DNA of 43,634 bases from Octopus bimaculoides (Eukaryota), in assembly GCF_001194135.2 (NCBI RefSeq), contig NC_068983.1, positions 40,407,847 to 40,451,480 on the forward strand, in the 5' to 3' direction. The notes beneath the pieces were generated by a model. That model saw only the letters and a list, made by a program, of their open reading frames with translations. It ran no database searches and was not told the origin of the DNA. A program made the translations under genes and the position numbers. Shown piece after piece: positions 23,070 to 33,209 of the stretch (positions are counted from its first letter, which is position 1; each line of letters starts with the position of its first letter).

Positions 23070-24330
23070 TATATATATATATAAATATGTTTATGCGTGT
23101 GAGTGTTTATATGTATGTGTGTGCATGTCTCTCTCTCTCTATATATATATTTATGCACACATACGTATGTATATATGTATGTGTATGTATATGTATGTTT
23201 GTGTATAAGTATGAATATATATATGTATATATATGTATGTATGTATAAATGTATGTTCGTTGATTAGTGGGACACACATGCACATGTCTGTGCCGTTGGG
23301 AATAAATTCATCTTAGAGAGAATTACGAAAGAAACCCAAATCATTATCGTAAGGCCACTCTATACACAGGAATACATATAAATACATAGATATACATGCA
23401 TCTATACACACACCTATACACACAGACATAGACACATGTAAACAATTACGCGTATGTACACATTTATGCGCTCACGACCACTGAGATGTATTCGCACATG
23501 TGATTATACGCAGAAGCATACACGTACATACACACGTACCAATGAACGTATAGATATCTGGACATACACACGTGTATACAAAGAAAGCCACACGCACTGA
23601 TAAACATATACACTTTTATAAAAAAACCCACACAGATATATGTATACACACACACCCACACACACGTCTATTTACTGATAAATATACACATAAACAAACG
23701 TATATTTACATATAAACAAGCGTAGTTTTACATAAACGCACTATATACACACTTATGTGCACATTGATGTACTTGTATTACATATATACGCACTCAGACA
23801 CGCACGTGAAAACACAGGTATATACACGCATGCGCACATACACACATTTACGGGCGTATAAATACACGTGTATCCATCCGCGTGCATTCCCCCACCACAC
23901 ACACTGTATGTCGTATACCGCTTCCTTCTTTCCCCAAATACCAAAACAGCCAAATGGAATTTGGGATACAAATAACCTAGTAGAATTTCTGGCTCTAAGG
24001 TTCATGAGTTCGATACCAGCTGAAGGCATTCGTGAGCAGCAAAAGTAATTTTACACCTTATAATTATGGCTTCCTACATAATTAAGAAACCTTTGAAATA
24101 CAGAGAGTGACTTGATCCTTATTTTGGGGTAAATTCTTTTGTCATTTGTCCATCAACTTATAGACTCATGGCTTTCCTTCTGTTGGTCCGTAATTTCTCC
24201 GAGGACAATATTTTAAACCAATTCTCCAAACACAAATATTCAGACAGATGAATGTGCAAACGTACATATGCTGACGCACACTAATGTTCATTGTTCATAC
24301 ATACTTATACGAACATACACCCTGAACCAC

Positions 24331-24365
<35 letters not shown>

Positions 24366-24705
24366 NNNNNNNNNNNNNNNNNNNNNNNNNNNNNNNNNNN
24401 NNNNNNNNNNNNNNNNNNNNNNNNNNNNNNNNNNNNNNNNNNNNNNNNNNNNNNNNNNNNNNNNNNNNNNNNNNNNNNNNNNNNNNNNNNNNNNNNNNNN
24501 NNNNNNNNNNNNNNNNNNNNNNNNNNNNNNNNNNNNNNNNNNNNNNNNNNNNNATATATATATATATATATACATACATACATACAGATACATATATATG
24601 TATATATACATACAAACAAACATACATACATGCTTATATAGGATATTTATCTCTCACTAGATGGAGTACTATTTTTATTGATCTTAGCTTAACGAATCAG
24701 TAAGC

Positions 24706-24738
<33 letters not shown>

Positions 24739-24793
24739 TTGAATGCGTGTTTGTGCGTTTGCATGTTCGTGTGTGTGTATATGTATGTATATA

Positions 24794-25040
24794 CGAGGAG
24801 AAATCAAAAATTATCTGCGCTTTTGCCATGGCATATCTTTATTGTCACACTGTCTTCTGCGCATGCGTGCTTATAATCAGTACCATTGTGGTCACGTGAT
24901 CGATGTTTGAGCCTGATCGTGTTGTTTTTCTTTCTGACTTTACAGTGTAAATATGGTCGCCCCACTAGCAACAAAGAGCAGTGGTCCGATTGCTCTGGCT
25001 GGAAATTGTGTCAGGTGCTGAAATTCATCTGAAATTCAAA
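24794..25040 (+). mobile_element. Mariner 5' end fragment (TIR, leader and decayed transposase start)
   Basis: TA|CGAGGAGAAATCAAAAATTATC terminus. Decayed ATGGTCGCCCCACTAG...AAAGAGCAG...GATTGCTCTGGCTGGAA...TCAGGTGCTGAAATTCAT resembles MAAPL...KEEQR.VIRFLW.EGVSGAEIH. Confidence 0.75.
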
Positions 25041-25164
25041 TTTACTTACGTATAATGAAAAAAGTAAATTTAATAAAATAGAACAGGAAGAGGATGGACT
25101 AAGTGAAGGATACAAGAATCATATTTAGACTGTATACATCTTCATACAAATCCATAATATATAT

Positions 25165-25345
25165 GGGGAGAATTCACAAAAAAAAGAAAAAAAAGACGAA
25201 GACAGGTGGTGTAGAAAATAAACAGATGTATTAGTATAACGCTCGGGAAGTGAAAAAGTCTTTAACGTTTCGTGCCTACGCTCTTCCACAGAAACGAACA
25301 CAGAAAGAAACAAGGAGAGAAACACGGAGAGAAAAAGAAAAGGAA
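25165..25345 (-). repeat. Short interspersed repeat family F (hammerhead-bearing, Penelope/retrozyme-like)
   Basis: Collinear with 27125-27290 (+) and 33210-33375 (+). Contains CTGTGGAAGAGCGTAGGCACGAAACGTTAAAGAC. Confidence 0.8.
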
Positions 25346-25610
25346 TGTGTAGTAGCTTACGATTTATCATAAGTATTTGTCTATTTCCTCATTCACAGTC
25401 CCTAACGCACCAATAATCATAATTGCAAAGTTAAAAGATTTCATGCTCCAAATCGTCGCAATCTCAAATTCTAAGGGGTTGAATTTTTAAAATAAATTTT
25501 TTTTCTACAGAGTCCTAGAATCAAATGGACAGGGTTGATCAATCTTCATACAAATTTGATTTTTCTTCTCTACCATTCTCATATCGGCTCTCTATATTCC
25601 ATCATCTTAC

Positions 25611-25695
25611 CTGTTTGAATAGGAAAATCCCACATATTTTATTATCATTACAACTATTATTGAATGTGAGAACAGCACATGCCATTAAAGTAACA
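25611..25695 (-). CDS. Candidate internal coding exon (85 nt, phase 2 to 0), VTLMACAVLTFNNSCNDNKICGIFLFKQ, product unidentified
   Basis: Minus-strand acceptor GGTTTTTCTGTATTTGTATCGCAG, donor CAG|GTAAGA, single open frame, unique sequence. Confidence 0.45.
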
Positions 25696-25834
25696 CTGCG
25701 ATACAAATACAGAAAAACCAATATGCCATTATGACTACCCGTATGTTTTAAGGCCTGGTAGGGACATGCATCATAACCGTATGTGTGCGACATAGTGATC
25801 TCATATCAAGACAAACAGCGCATGACTTTGCAGG

Positions 25835-26475
25835 TGGGACCGTACAGGCACGGATGTGCTATCAGACAGGCTTGTCCGAGGCGTGCGCAGTAATGAAACC
25901 GTTCTGCATGTCCTCATTCCGGGCATTGCTGACATGTAGCCACGCCCTCGTTCCTGGCATTGCTGACTTGTGGCGTTATGTCGAACAGCTGCTGTCACGT
26001 GTGGGACAGATCCGTCTGCCGGCCGAGTCTGTAGGGATGATCGCACCGCCGCTCTCCTTCAATCGGGCAGGCAAGGCAGCTTTCCTTTGTCTGGTGGCTG
26101 TGGTGAAAGAGGTTGTTGGTGGACAAGGCTGGACTGTATGAGGACAGATACATTTTCCTTTGGTTGAGCTCTCATTGACTTCTTCAAGTTTCGCTTGAAA
26201 AGAAAATTGAGAGTGGTGAGAGAAGTGCTGTTCTCGAGTGAGTTTGGTGAAAGTTGTGAAAATAACAAGAGTGGATGGTACCTCTCTAAGTTTAAACCTG
26301 TGAGTCGGAGAGAAGGAATTGGAGAGGGCACTTGCTCCTGGGGCTTCAGGGAAATCTCAGATAGTGGGGTTCCTCGATTATTCCTAGTAACCTTCTTGTA
26401 TCTTGTATCCTCCCTGCCATCATTTTTTTAAAACCTTTGTATGCTATGCATATGTCCCTTCTATTTCAGTGTATA
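25835..26475 (+). mobile_element. L1/Tx1-type LINE ORF2 C-terminus (Cys/His finger region) plus 3' UTR, decayed
   Basis: Frameshifted ACPR.AQ.NETVLHVLI...IADLWRYVEQLLSRVGQIRL...FLCLVAVVKEVV / WWTR...FFKFRLKRKLRVVR matches the CPxC...ETxxHxLxxC...W pattern of L1/Tx1 ORF2 ends. Confidence 0.65.
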
Positions 26476-26508
26476 CCCTATATTCTTTCTTTCTTTCTTT
26501 CTTCCTTC

Positions 26509-26539
<31 letters not shown>

Positions 26540-27124
26540 TTCTTTTTATCATTTCATTATATGTAAACACCCACACTATATGTTTGTCTTTGTATTGTCC
26601 CCTTCATCTTTCGCCCTGGTGGCAAATAGACAAAATCATTACCATTATTATTATTATTATTATTATTATTTTAATTTAAAGGCCCTCCATCTTTACTTTG
26701 GGGAATGGGTGGATGGGAGTGTGGATTTGTCACTGTGTTTGCTCGGAAATAACTGGAAAAGTTTTCCATCGATTCAGGTTTCAAATTTCGTTGTAAAGTT
26801 CGTGTCTTCGTGAAACCTTTAAGTAGAGAAACTGGATAATAACATATTGAAGCTGTCTTGAAACACGCACATGCAGACTGACACTCACACACATACACAC
26901 ACACACACTCTTCCCTACTCTCTATACCACACTCATTCACAAGCACAGATGCCCACACGCTCTTTGAACATTCTTCCCTTTTATTTTTGTTTCCCTGCTT
27001 CCTCCTCCTCCACGACCACGACCACCACCATCACCACCACCACCACCACTTCATCATCATCATCATCATCATCATGAAGAAAACCAGGAAAACCACGAAA
27101 GGTGACCGTTGACTGAACACTATT

Positions 27125-27290
27125 CATTTTTTTTCTCCGTGTTTTTCTCCTTGTCTCTGTATTCTTTCTGTTGAAGAGCGTAGCTCGAAACGTCAAAGAC
27201 TTTCCGTATTCCCGAGCGTCATACTAATACATCCTTTTGTTATTTACACCACCTGTCCTCGTCTGTTGTTGTTTTTTCGTATATTCTCCC
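27125..27290 (+). repeat. Family F repeat copy
   Basis: TCTCCGTGTTTTTCTCCTTG...CTGTTGAAGAGCGTAGCTCGAAACGTCAAAGAC...CCCGAGCGTCATACTAATACA...ACACCACCTGTCCTCGTC. Confidence 0.8.
27163..27199 (+). ncRNA. Minimal type I hammerhead-like fold with CUGUUGA-A core
   Basis: UCUUU-CUGUUGA-A-GAG(CGUAG)CUC-GAAA-CG-UC-AAAGA: 5-bp stem I, 3-bp stem II, palindromic ACGU stem III, GUC site. Deviates from the canonical core by A6U. Confidence 0.55.
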
Positions 27291-27394
27291 ATATATATAT
27301 ATATGTAAAAGGTTGAAGAGGAACACACGAGTAGATATCCATATATGTGGAATAAAGACAAGGTAAAAAATGCTAAAATACTTTTATAATAACA

Positions 27395-27437
27395 TTTCAG
27401 TATCGGTTTCGATCCTTGAGATCTTTTCAACTGTAAA
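27395..27437 (-). ncRNA. Minimal type I hammerhead-like fold, U3-A8 core (left arm copy)
   Basis: CAG-UUGAAAA-GAUC(UCAAG)GAUC-GAAA-CCGA-UA-CUG. One stem III mismatch relative to the ACCGGU palindrome in the other arm. Confidence 0.6.
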
Positions 27438-27637
27438 TATGGATAACAAATTTTGGAAGAATTAAATTTTGGCAAATTTAAATGAAAATTCTTTTTAAAA
27501 ACATATTTGAATAGTATTCAACTACCAGGGGCATTTTCCTTGTTTCTGTTTGTCTCTGTTTCTCTTGTCAACTCTTTTAAAAAGACCTTTCATTTAAATT
27601 TGCCAAAATTGAATTTTTCCAAAATTTGTAATCCATA

Positions 27638-27680
27638 TTTACAGTTGAAAAGATCTCAAGGATCAAAACCGGTACTAAAA
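27638..27680 (+). ncRNA. Minimal type I hammerhead-like fold, U3-A8 core (right arm copy, G12A)
   Basis: CAG-UUGAAAA-GAUC(UCAAG)GAUC-AAAA-CCGG-UA-CUA. Intact ACCGGU palindrome, but GAAA is mutated to AAAA. Confidence 0.5.
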
Positions 27681-27764
27681 TGTTTTTATAAAAGTATTTT
27701 AGCATTTTCTAGCTTGTCTTTTTTCCATATATATACACACATACATTTGAAGACACATATTGCT

Positions 27765-27990
27765 GTTTGTATGCTCGAAATGAAGAGTAGATAGACAGCC
27801 GACAACTGATGAAGGGTCCTTTTTCTGTGTTAACTTGTCCTGTTTTTCACATTTCTCGTTATTTACGTATTTCCCTAGCTTTTGTCCTGGAATCACTGTC
27901 TGTCTTGTATTTGTACCACGTGCGTATGCTATTTGTACCGTTGGTGACGTCCTGTACCAACATATGCTTGTATATATGTACATATACATA
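27765..27990 (+). repeat. Family E repeat copy
   Basis: See 4780-5010. Confidence 0.6.
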
Positions 27991-29607
27991 TATATATATA
28001 TANNNNNNNNNNNNNNNNNNNNNNNNNNNNNNNNNNNNNNNNNNNNNNNNNNNNNNNNNNNNNNNNNNNNNNNNNNNNNNNNNNNNNNNNNNNNNNNNNN
28101 NNNNTATACATACTTACATATGTATACATGCATGTACACATATGTGCGCGCGCACGCCCACACGCGCCCACGCGCATACAAGTATTTTTCAATCTGCATA
28201 AATTTACAGAATTGCTTGGAGATCCAAGTGGAAAAGCAGTTCTCAGAAAAAATGACAATTTTTTCTTTCTTTCTCTTTCTCTCCATCTCCATCTCTCTCC
28301 CTTTCTCTCTTTCCTCTCCTCTCTCCCTCTCTTATCTGTCACGCCTAAAAGCATCGACGAACACACACCTCTATGCAGAAATTTACAGATCCATAATTTT
28401 CCTCGGGAATGACAAAACAATACTTTACCCCGGCCTTTACTAGTTTACTGGCAAGTTCCCCAGCGAGTCCTTTGCTTTCCCGAGAATACTTTCTCTTGCA
28501 GCCCGAGGTCTATTTAACACTTAAACAGAAGGGAAAGTCCATACACAGATGCCACTAGTCAGTTCTCCACTGAATCCTGTATATCTCAGCCAAAAGCCAT
28601 TTCCTATTGAGCTCATAACTGGAGCCTTGGTCAGATACTCCCCTTTCGGTCCATAACTAGTATTATAAGGACTAAGAAGTGGCTCTACATTTCCCCAAAA
28701 CTCCTGAACTCCCAAACTGACGCCTCACCGGCGTATTCAGTTTCATGTCTTAGTCAGGACCAAGGTGATAACTAATTAGAATTGTACTCTACCTGATCCT
28801 GTGATGTGTGATGTCACTTTGATGTGATCTAATCTCTATGACGCAGGAGGATATCTGTTGTTTATCATTAAAAGTATCTACCTATGTCTGCAGGTGAACA
28901 CTAGTTCTGACTTTTGTTTCGCGTGTCAATATTGGGAAGGGAAGGGAGTGTACTCGTGTGTTATATATGATAAACATACAGGCATCTATGAATAATTATA
29001 AACGCGTAGTCCATATCAATTTGTAGAAATTGAACATTTCACATCACGGTGTCATTTTCCATTCTCATTCAAGAAAAGACTTTCAAAAAAGAATTTCAAT
29101 AGAAAAACCTTTGAAAACTGGCAACTTGTTAGAATGAGGCTGACACCAACTGAACACTACAGCCACATAAAAGAAACAATAAACAGACAAAAGAAAAGGC
29201 AAGAATGAATAAATGAATAAGGAAACCTATAAACCTTGCAGAAAAATATCAGGTTAGTCACATCATGCCATGTAAACTACACGACAAAATGGCCGATCAT
29301 CACAATCATACGTATTATCGTTAATGCTTAAGCCATCCATTTCCACCTACCGCCACCCATATATCAAAACAAATCGCAATAGATTAATTGTATTACACTT
29401 TAGACTTGAACTTGACCAACATGTCCTTTGACGGCCGAACATGGATAATGATTAAATACAACCTCTCTTCATCCACCAACCCTCACCGCGAAGACTTCTC
29501 GCTACACTAATCAGAAATCGATCAAATAGCTTCCAACTAAAAGCCATTCGGAATACACAAGCGCCTTTTCTGATGAGCGTCACGTCTCAAGGTCTATAAT
29601 TTGTCCC

Positions 29608-29609
29608 TG

Positions 29610-29654
<45 letters not shown>

Positions 29655-30137
29655 TTTTTTCCCACGATCTCTTTTGATCGAATTTCTACCCCCTTTTTCT
29701 TTTTTCTTTTGTTTTCTTTTTATCTTCCCAAAAAGAAAAGCTCTACTTTATATTNNNNNNNNNNNNNNNNNNNNNNNNNNNNNNNNNNNNNNNNNNNNNN
29801 NNNNNNNNNNNNNNNNNNNNNNNNNNNNNNNNNNNNNNNNNNNNNNNNNNNNNNNNNNNNNNNNNNNNNNNNNNNNNNNNNNNNNNNNNNNNNNNNNNNN
29901 NNNNNNNNNNNNNNNNNNNNNNNNNNNNNNNNNNNNNNNNNNNNNNNNNNNNNNNNNNNNNNNNNNNNNNNNNNNNNNNNNNNNNNNNNNNNNNNNNNNN
30001 NNNNNNNNNNNNNNNNNNNNNNNNNNNNNNNNNNNNNNNNNNNNNNNNNNNNNNNNNNNNNNNNNNNNNNNNNNNNNNNNNNNNNNNNNNNNNNNNNNNN
30101 NNNNNNNNNNNNNNNNNNNNNNNNNNNNNNNNNNNNN

Positions 30138-30179
<42 letters not shown>

Positions 30180-30315
30180 AATGTCTGTCTGTCTTTCTGT
30201 CCATCCCTTCCGCCATCCATCCAGCCAACCATCCATCTATCCATCCATTCATCCTTCCCTCTATCGATCTACCTCGATGTCTAGAGATATAAAATGAGAG
30301 AATTATGGATCCAAT

Positions 30316-30350
<35 letters not shown>

Positions 30351-30365
30351 GATAGATAGATAGCA
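29608..30365. repeat. (TCTA)n, (ATCC)n and (GATA)n tetranucleotide arrays around an assembly gap
   Basis: Read directly from the sequence. Confidence 0.9.
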
Positions 30366-30884
30366 GGGTGTAACATATCTGCTCTTCCTATGCAATTAGC
30401 AAGAGGCGCACTAACCAATGTGAGTAGAAATATAGATATGTACAATTATATTTAACACGACATACAAGAAAAAAACATGTAAAAAACCCCACGTGTCCTA
30501 TTATACAACAATATTAGTACATAGCTCAAACATATTAGTACATAGCCAGAGGTGTGTTTTTCCCATATATATCTCACCCCAGACAATTTCTGCTGCGAAG
30601 GTCTTTCAAAGTTAGAGTGTATGCGAAAGTGATAAATACAACTGTAAACATTTGTACTTCAAACAATGCTGCTTAGTATGCCTGTTAATTAATTCTAGCT
30701 TGAAAAAAGATTTGCACATCAGCAAATATTATCTACTGTTTAAATATAAAAACAGCTGTTGTTCGAGAGCTATGAACCATGGAACCAATATCGGTAACTG
30801 ATGAAGTGTAACGACGCAGAAATACGTGTTCAATGGCCCAATAACATCATTCATAATCCTCTGCTGTGTGTCGTAAGTAGTATG

Positions 30885-31008
30885 CTAGTCACATGGTACC
30901 GTGTTCAGTCTCTCCATGTGACACCTTAGCCAAGTGTTTTTCTACTATAGCCTCAGACCGACCAAAGCCTTGTAAGTTTATTTGGTATACGGAAACTGAA
31001 AGAAACAC

Positions 31009-31010
<2 letters not shown>
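30885..31010 (+). mobile_element. SINE family A, 5' half fragment
   Basis: CACATGGTACCGTGTTCAGTC...CAAGTGTTTTTCTACTATAGCCTCAGACCGACCAAAGCCTTGT...CGGAAACTGAAAGAA. Confidence 0.8.
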
Positions 31011-31050
<40 letters not shown>

Positions 31051-31153
31051 CCGGAGTAATCACATAAATGTGCAACCAGGTGGAAAAAAAGAGTACTCAA
31101 ATACCAGAGGTAGAGCAATATGCTTTATTTTAAAGCAGCAGAAATATAACAAA

Positions 31154-31197
31154 AAACTGTTACTCGGAGTTTCACGTTCCCGTTCATCGGACAGTTT
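31154..31197 (-). ncRNA. Type I hammerhead-like fold with CCGAUGA core
   Basis: AAACUGU-CCGAUGA-ACG(GGAA)CGU-GAAA-CUC(C)GAG-UA-ACAGUUU: 7-bp stem I, 3-bp stem II, near-palindromic ACUC-C-GAGU stem III, GUA site. The only core deviation is U4C. Confidence 0.7.
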
Positions 31198-31215
31198 AGT
31201 TAGAAAAAAAAAAGA

Positions 31216-31476
31216 GAAGAATTATTGCCTTTATTAATAGTATTAGTAAAGTAATAATAAGGTGGTTAGCAAGCTCACACCCTTACAGGCGCAATATAAG
31301 GTAAATTTAGATTCAGTAGAATATATGATAGCACTTGCTAAAATCAGATTCTAGCAAATGATATTATATACCCTACTGGATCTAAATTTACCTTATATTG
31401 TACCTGTAATGGTGTGAATTCGCTAGCCACATTATTATTACCATACCAATACCATTAATAACGGCAATAATTTTTC
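31216..31476. repeat. 261-bp palindrome (130-bp arms, 1-nt centre at 31346)
   Basis: Arms align without gaps at about 84% by hand (e.g. CAATATAAGGTAAATTTAGAT / ATCTAAATTTACCTTATATTG). Confidence 0.95.
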
Positions 31477-31834
31477 TTTATTTAAATTGTTTCTTGCTCA
31501 CGATAGTTTTCTTTTAAACGGAGCGGGACGTTTAAAGTAAGGAATGCACACGAGCTATGTAGTGAATATTTTAGAAATAGATGTTAAAATGTTATTTTCA
31601 ACTAAAGATATGTTTGTCAGCGTATGTTTGTCATGCAAAGCGTGAAATCAATTGATACTGAAATATACATTACTTACTGATGTATTTAACGCAAAGGTAA
31701 GCCTATTTCTCATATGTTCAATGCATTGCTCGTATGTATCTTTATCGTGTGTTTATGGTGGTTTGGAGGGGCATTGGATCTGAGTTTAGCAAGTGGTATT
31801 ATATACCCTTCTGAATATATATATATATATATAG

Positions 31835-31865
<31 letters not shown>

Positions 31866-31879
31866 AAATAAGCAGAAAA

Positions 31880-32070
31880 TGGAGAAAACTTTTGATCAAC
31901 AAACAAATTGACCAACATCAGTTTATTTTTTAATACAAAACTTAACATTGCTTACGGCCGTTTCGGCTACCAATGTCAGTCGGTGCCTACAAGAAAATTC
32001 CGAAACTAATATTCGTCATCTTTATAGCACATTCGATCTAATACATGAAGCTTCATCAGAGTGAATGTAA
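31880..32070 (-). repeat. Penelope-like terminal repeat remnant with split hammerhead-like motif
   Basis: Reverse complement CACT-CUGAUGAA-GCU...(~80 nt)...AGCC-GAAA-CGGCCG-UA-AG, with palindromic ACGGCCGU, followed by an AAAAAATAAA tail. Confidence 0.4.
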
Positions 32071-32449
32071 ATACATAAAATAAAAGATGGGTAAAAGAGT
32101 AAACTAGCAAATATCACTTTTTATAGGGGTACCAGGGTGTTGCCCATCGACCTCAAGTTTCACACTGAAAAAGGGTATGATTCTAATTTATTCAGCCTTC
32201 TTGCCTCATCTCAAAGTCCTGATCTTTTCTCTTCCCTCTTCCGTCTTCCCTTCCTCCTTATCCCTGCCGTAAGGCTTTACTTCCACACACGCCAGCTTAA
32301 TTTAATTCGTCCTTAGTCGAATGACACCTATTGTTATGCGCTGTTATTTGTATTTATGTAACTATTTTCGTTTTTCCGTCCTTGTTTTCGTATTTCGTAT
32401 ACATTCGCTGCTTTCTTGCAAGGAATCTAATGCTCTTAGCTTATTTTTT

Positions 32450-32525
32450 CCTTGGGGCCGGCCAGATTCCTTGGGGCTGGCCAGATTCCTTGGGGCTGAC
32501 CAGATTCCTTGGGGCTGGCCAGATT
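32450..32525. repeat. Minisatellite, 19-bp unit CCTTGGGGCTGGCCAGATT x4
   Basis: Four tandem units with only two substitutions in total. Confidence 0.95.
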
Positions 32526-32706
32526 GGAGCAATCTCGAGTATAACCAGTCGAAATTGCAAAGATAATCTGGAACTCGACTGAGGATAGAAAACTCCGAAT
32601 GACCCGTCCTTGTTTTCCTTGTATCGTCTGTCTGGATATATTTTGTCCTTTTTTTTTGTATCACCTGTCTGGATTTTTGCGTTCTTGTCCCATTTTGTAT
32701 TTATAT

Positions 32707-32781
<75 letters not shown>

Positions 32782-33156
32782 GAGGCGCAATGGTCTAGTA
32801 ATTAGAGCAGCGGACTCACGGTCGTAGAATCGCAGTTTCGATTCCCAGATAGGGCGTTGTTAGTGTTTATTGAGCGAAAACAGATAAAGATCCACGAGGC
32901 TCCGGCAGGGGATGGTGTTGAACTCTGTTGTGCTCTTTCACCACAACTTTCTCTCACTCTTTCTTCCTATTTCTGTTGTACCTGTATTTCAAAGGACCAG
33001 ACTTGTTACATTGAGTCACACTGAATCTCCCCGAGACCAACATTAAAGTTACACGTGTCTGTGGAGTGCTCAGCCGCTTGTGCGTTAATTTCACGAGCAG
33101 GCTGTTCTGTTGATCGGATCAACTGGAACCCTCGTCGTCATAACCGACGGAGTGCC
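32782..33156 (+). mobile_element. tRNA-derived SINE, family D, full length
   Basis: Head GAGGCGCAATGGTCTAGTAATTAGAGC...GTTTCGATTCCC; homologous to 4114-4495. Confidence 0.9.
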
Positions 33157-33209
33157 TCTTGTGTGGCCCTTCTGTCTGGCATTCGCCATGATAGATCGTT
33201 AGCCACTAA

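Larger units (their letters stand above)
27341..27733. repeat. Long inverted repeat, ~160-bp arms (27341-27501, 27575-27733), 73-nt spacer
   Basis: Arms align at about 90% by hand; the ORF track shows near-identical peptides on opposite strands (27224-27475 minus, 27507-27794 plus). Confidence 0.95.

Noticed and set aside
26697-26831. 135-nt minus-strand exon candidate (SLLKGFTKTRTLQRNLKPESMENF...)
   Set aside because: Weak donor (AAA|GTAAAG), and its phase 1 end does not fit the phase 2 start of the 25695 exon.
28575-28760. Possible decayed LINE/SINE tail
   Set aside because: No second copy in the window and no protein motif; it would need a Dfam or Repbase search.
32450-32525. Regular repeats as a CRISPR array (also 5681-5781 and 12349-12830)
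   Set aside because: No unique spacers of uniform length, no cas genes, and a eukaryotic context.
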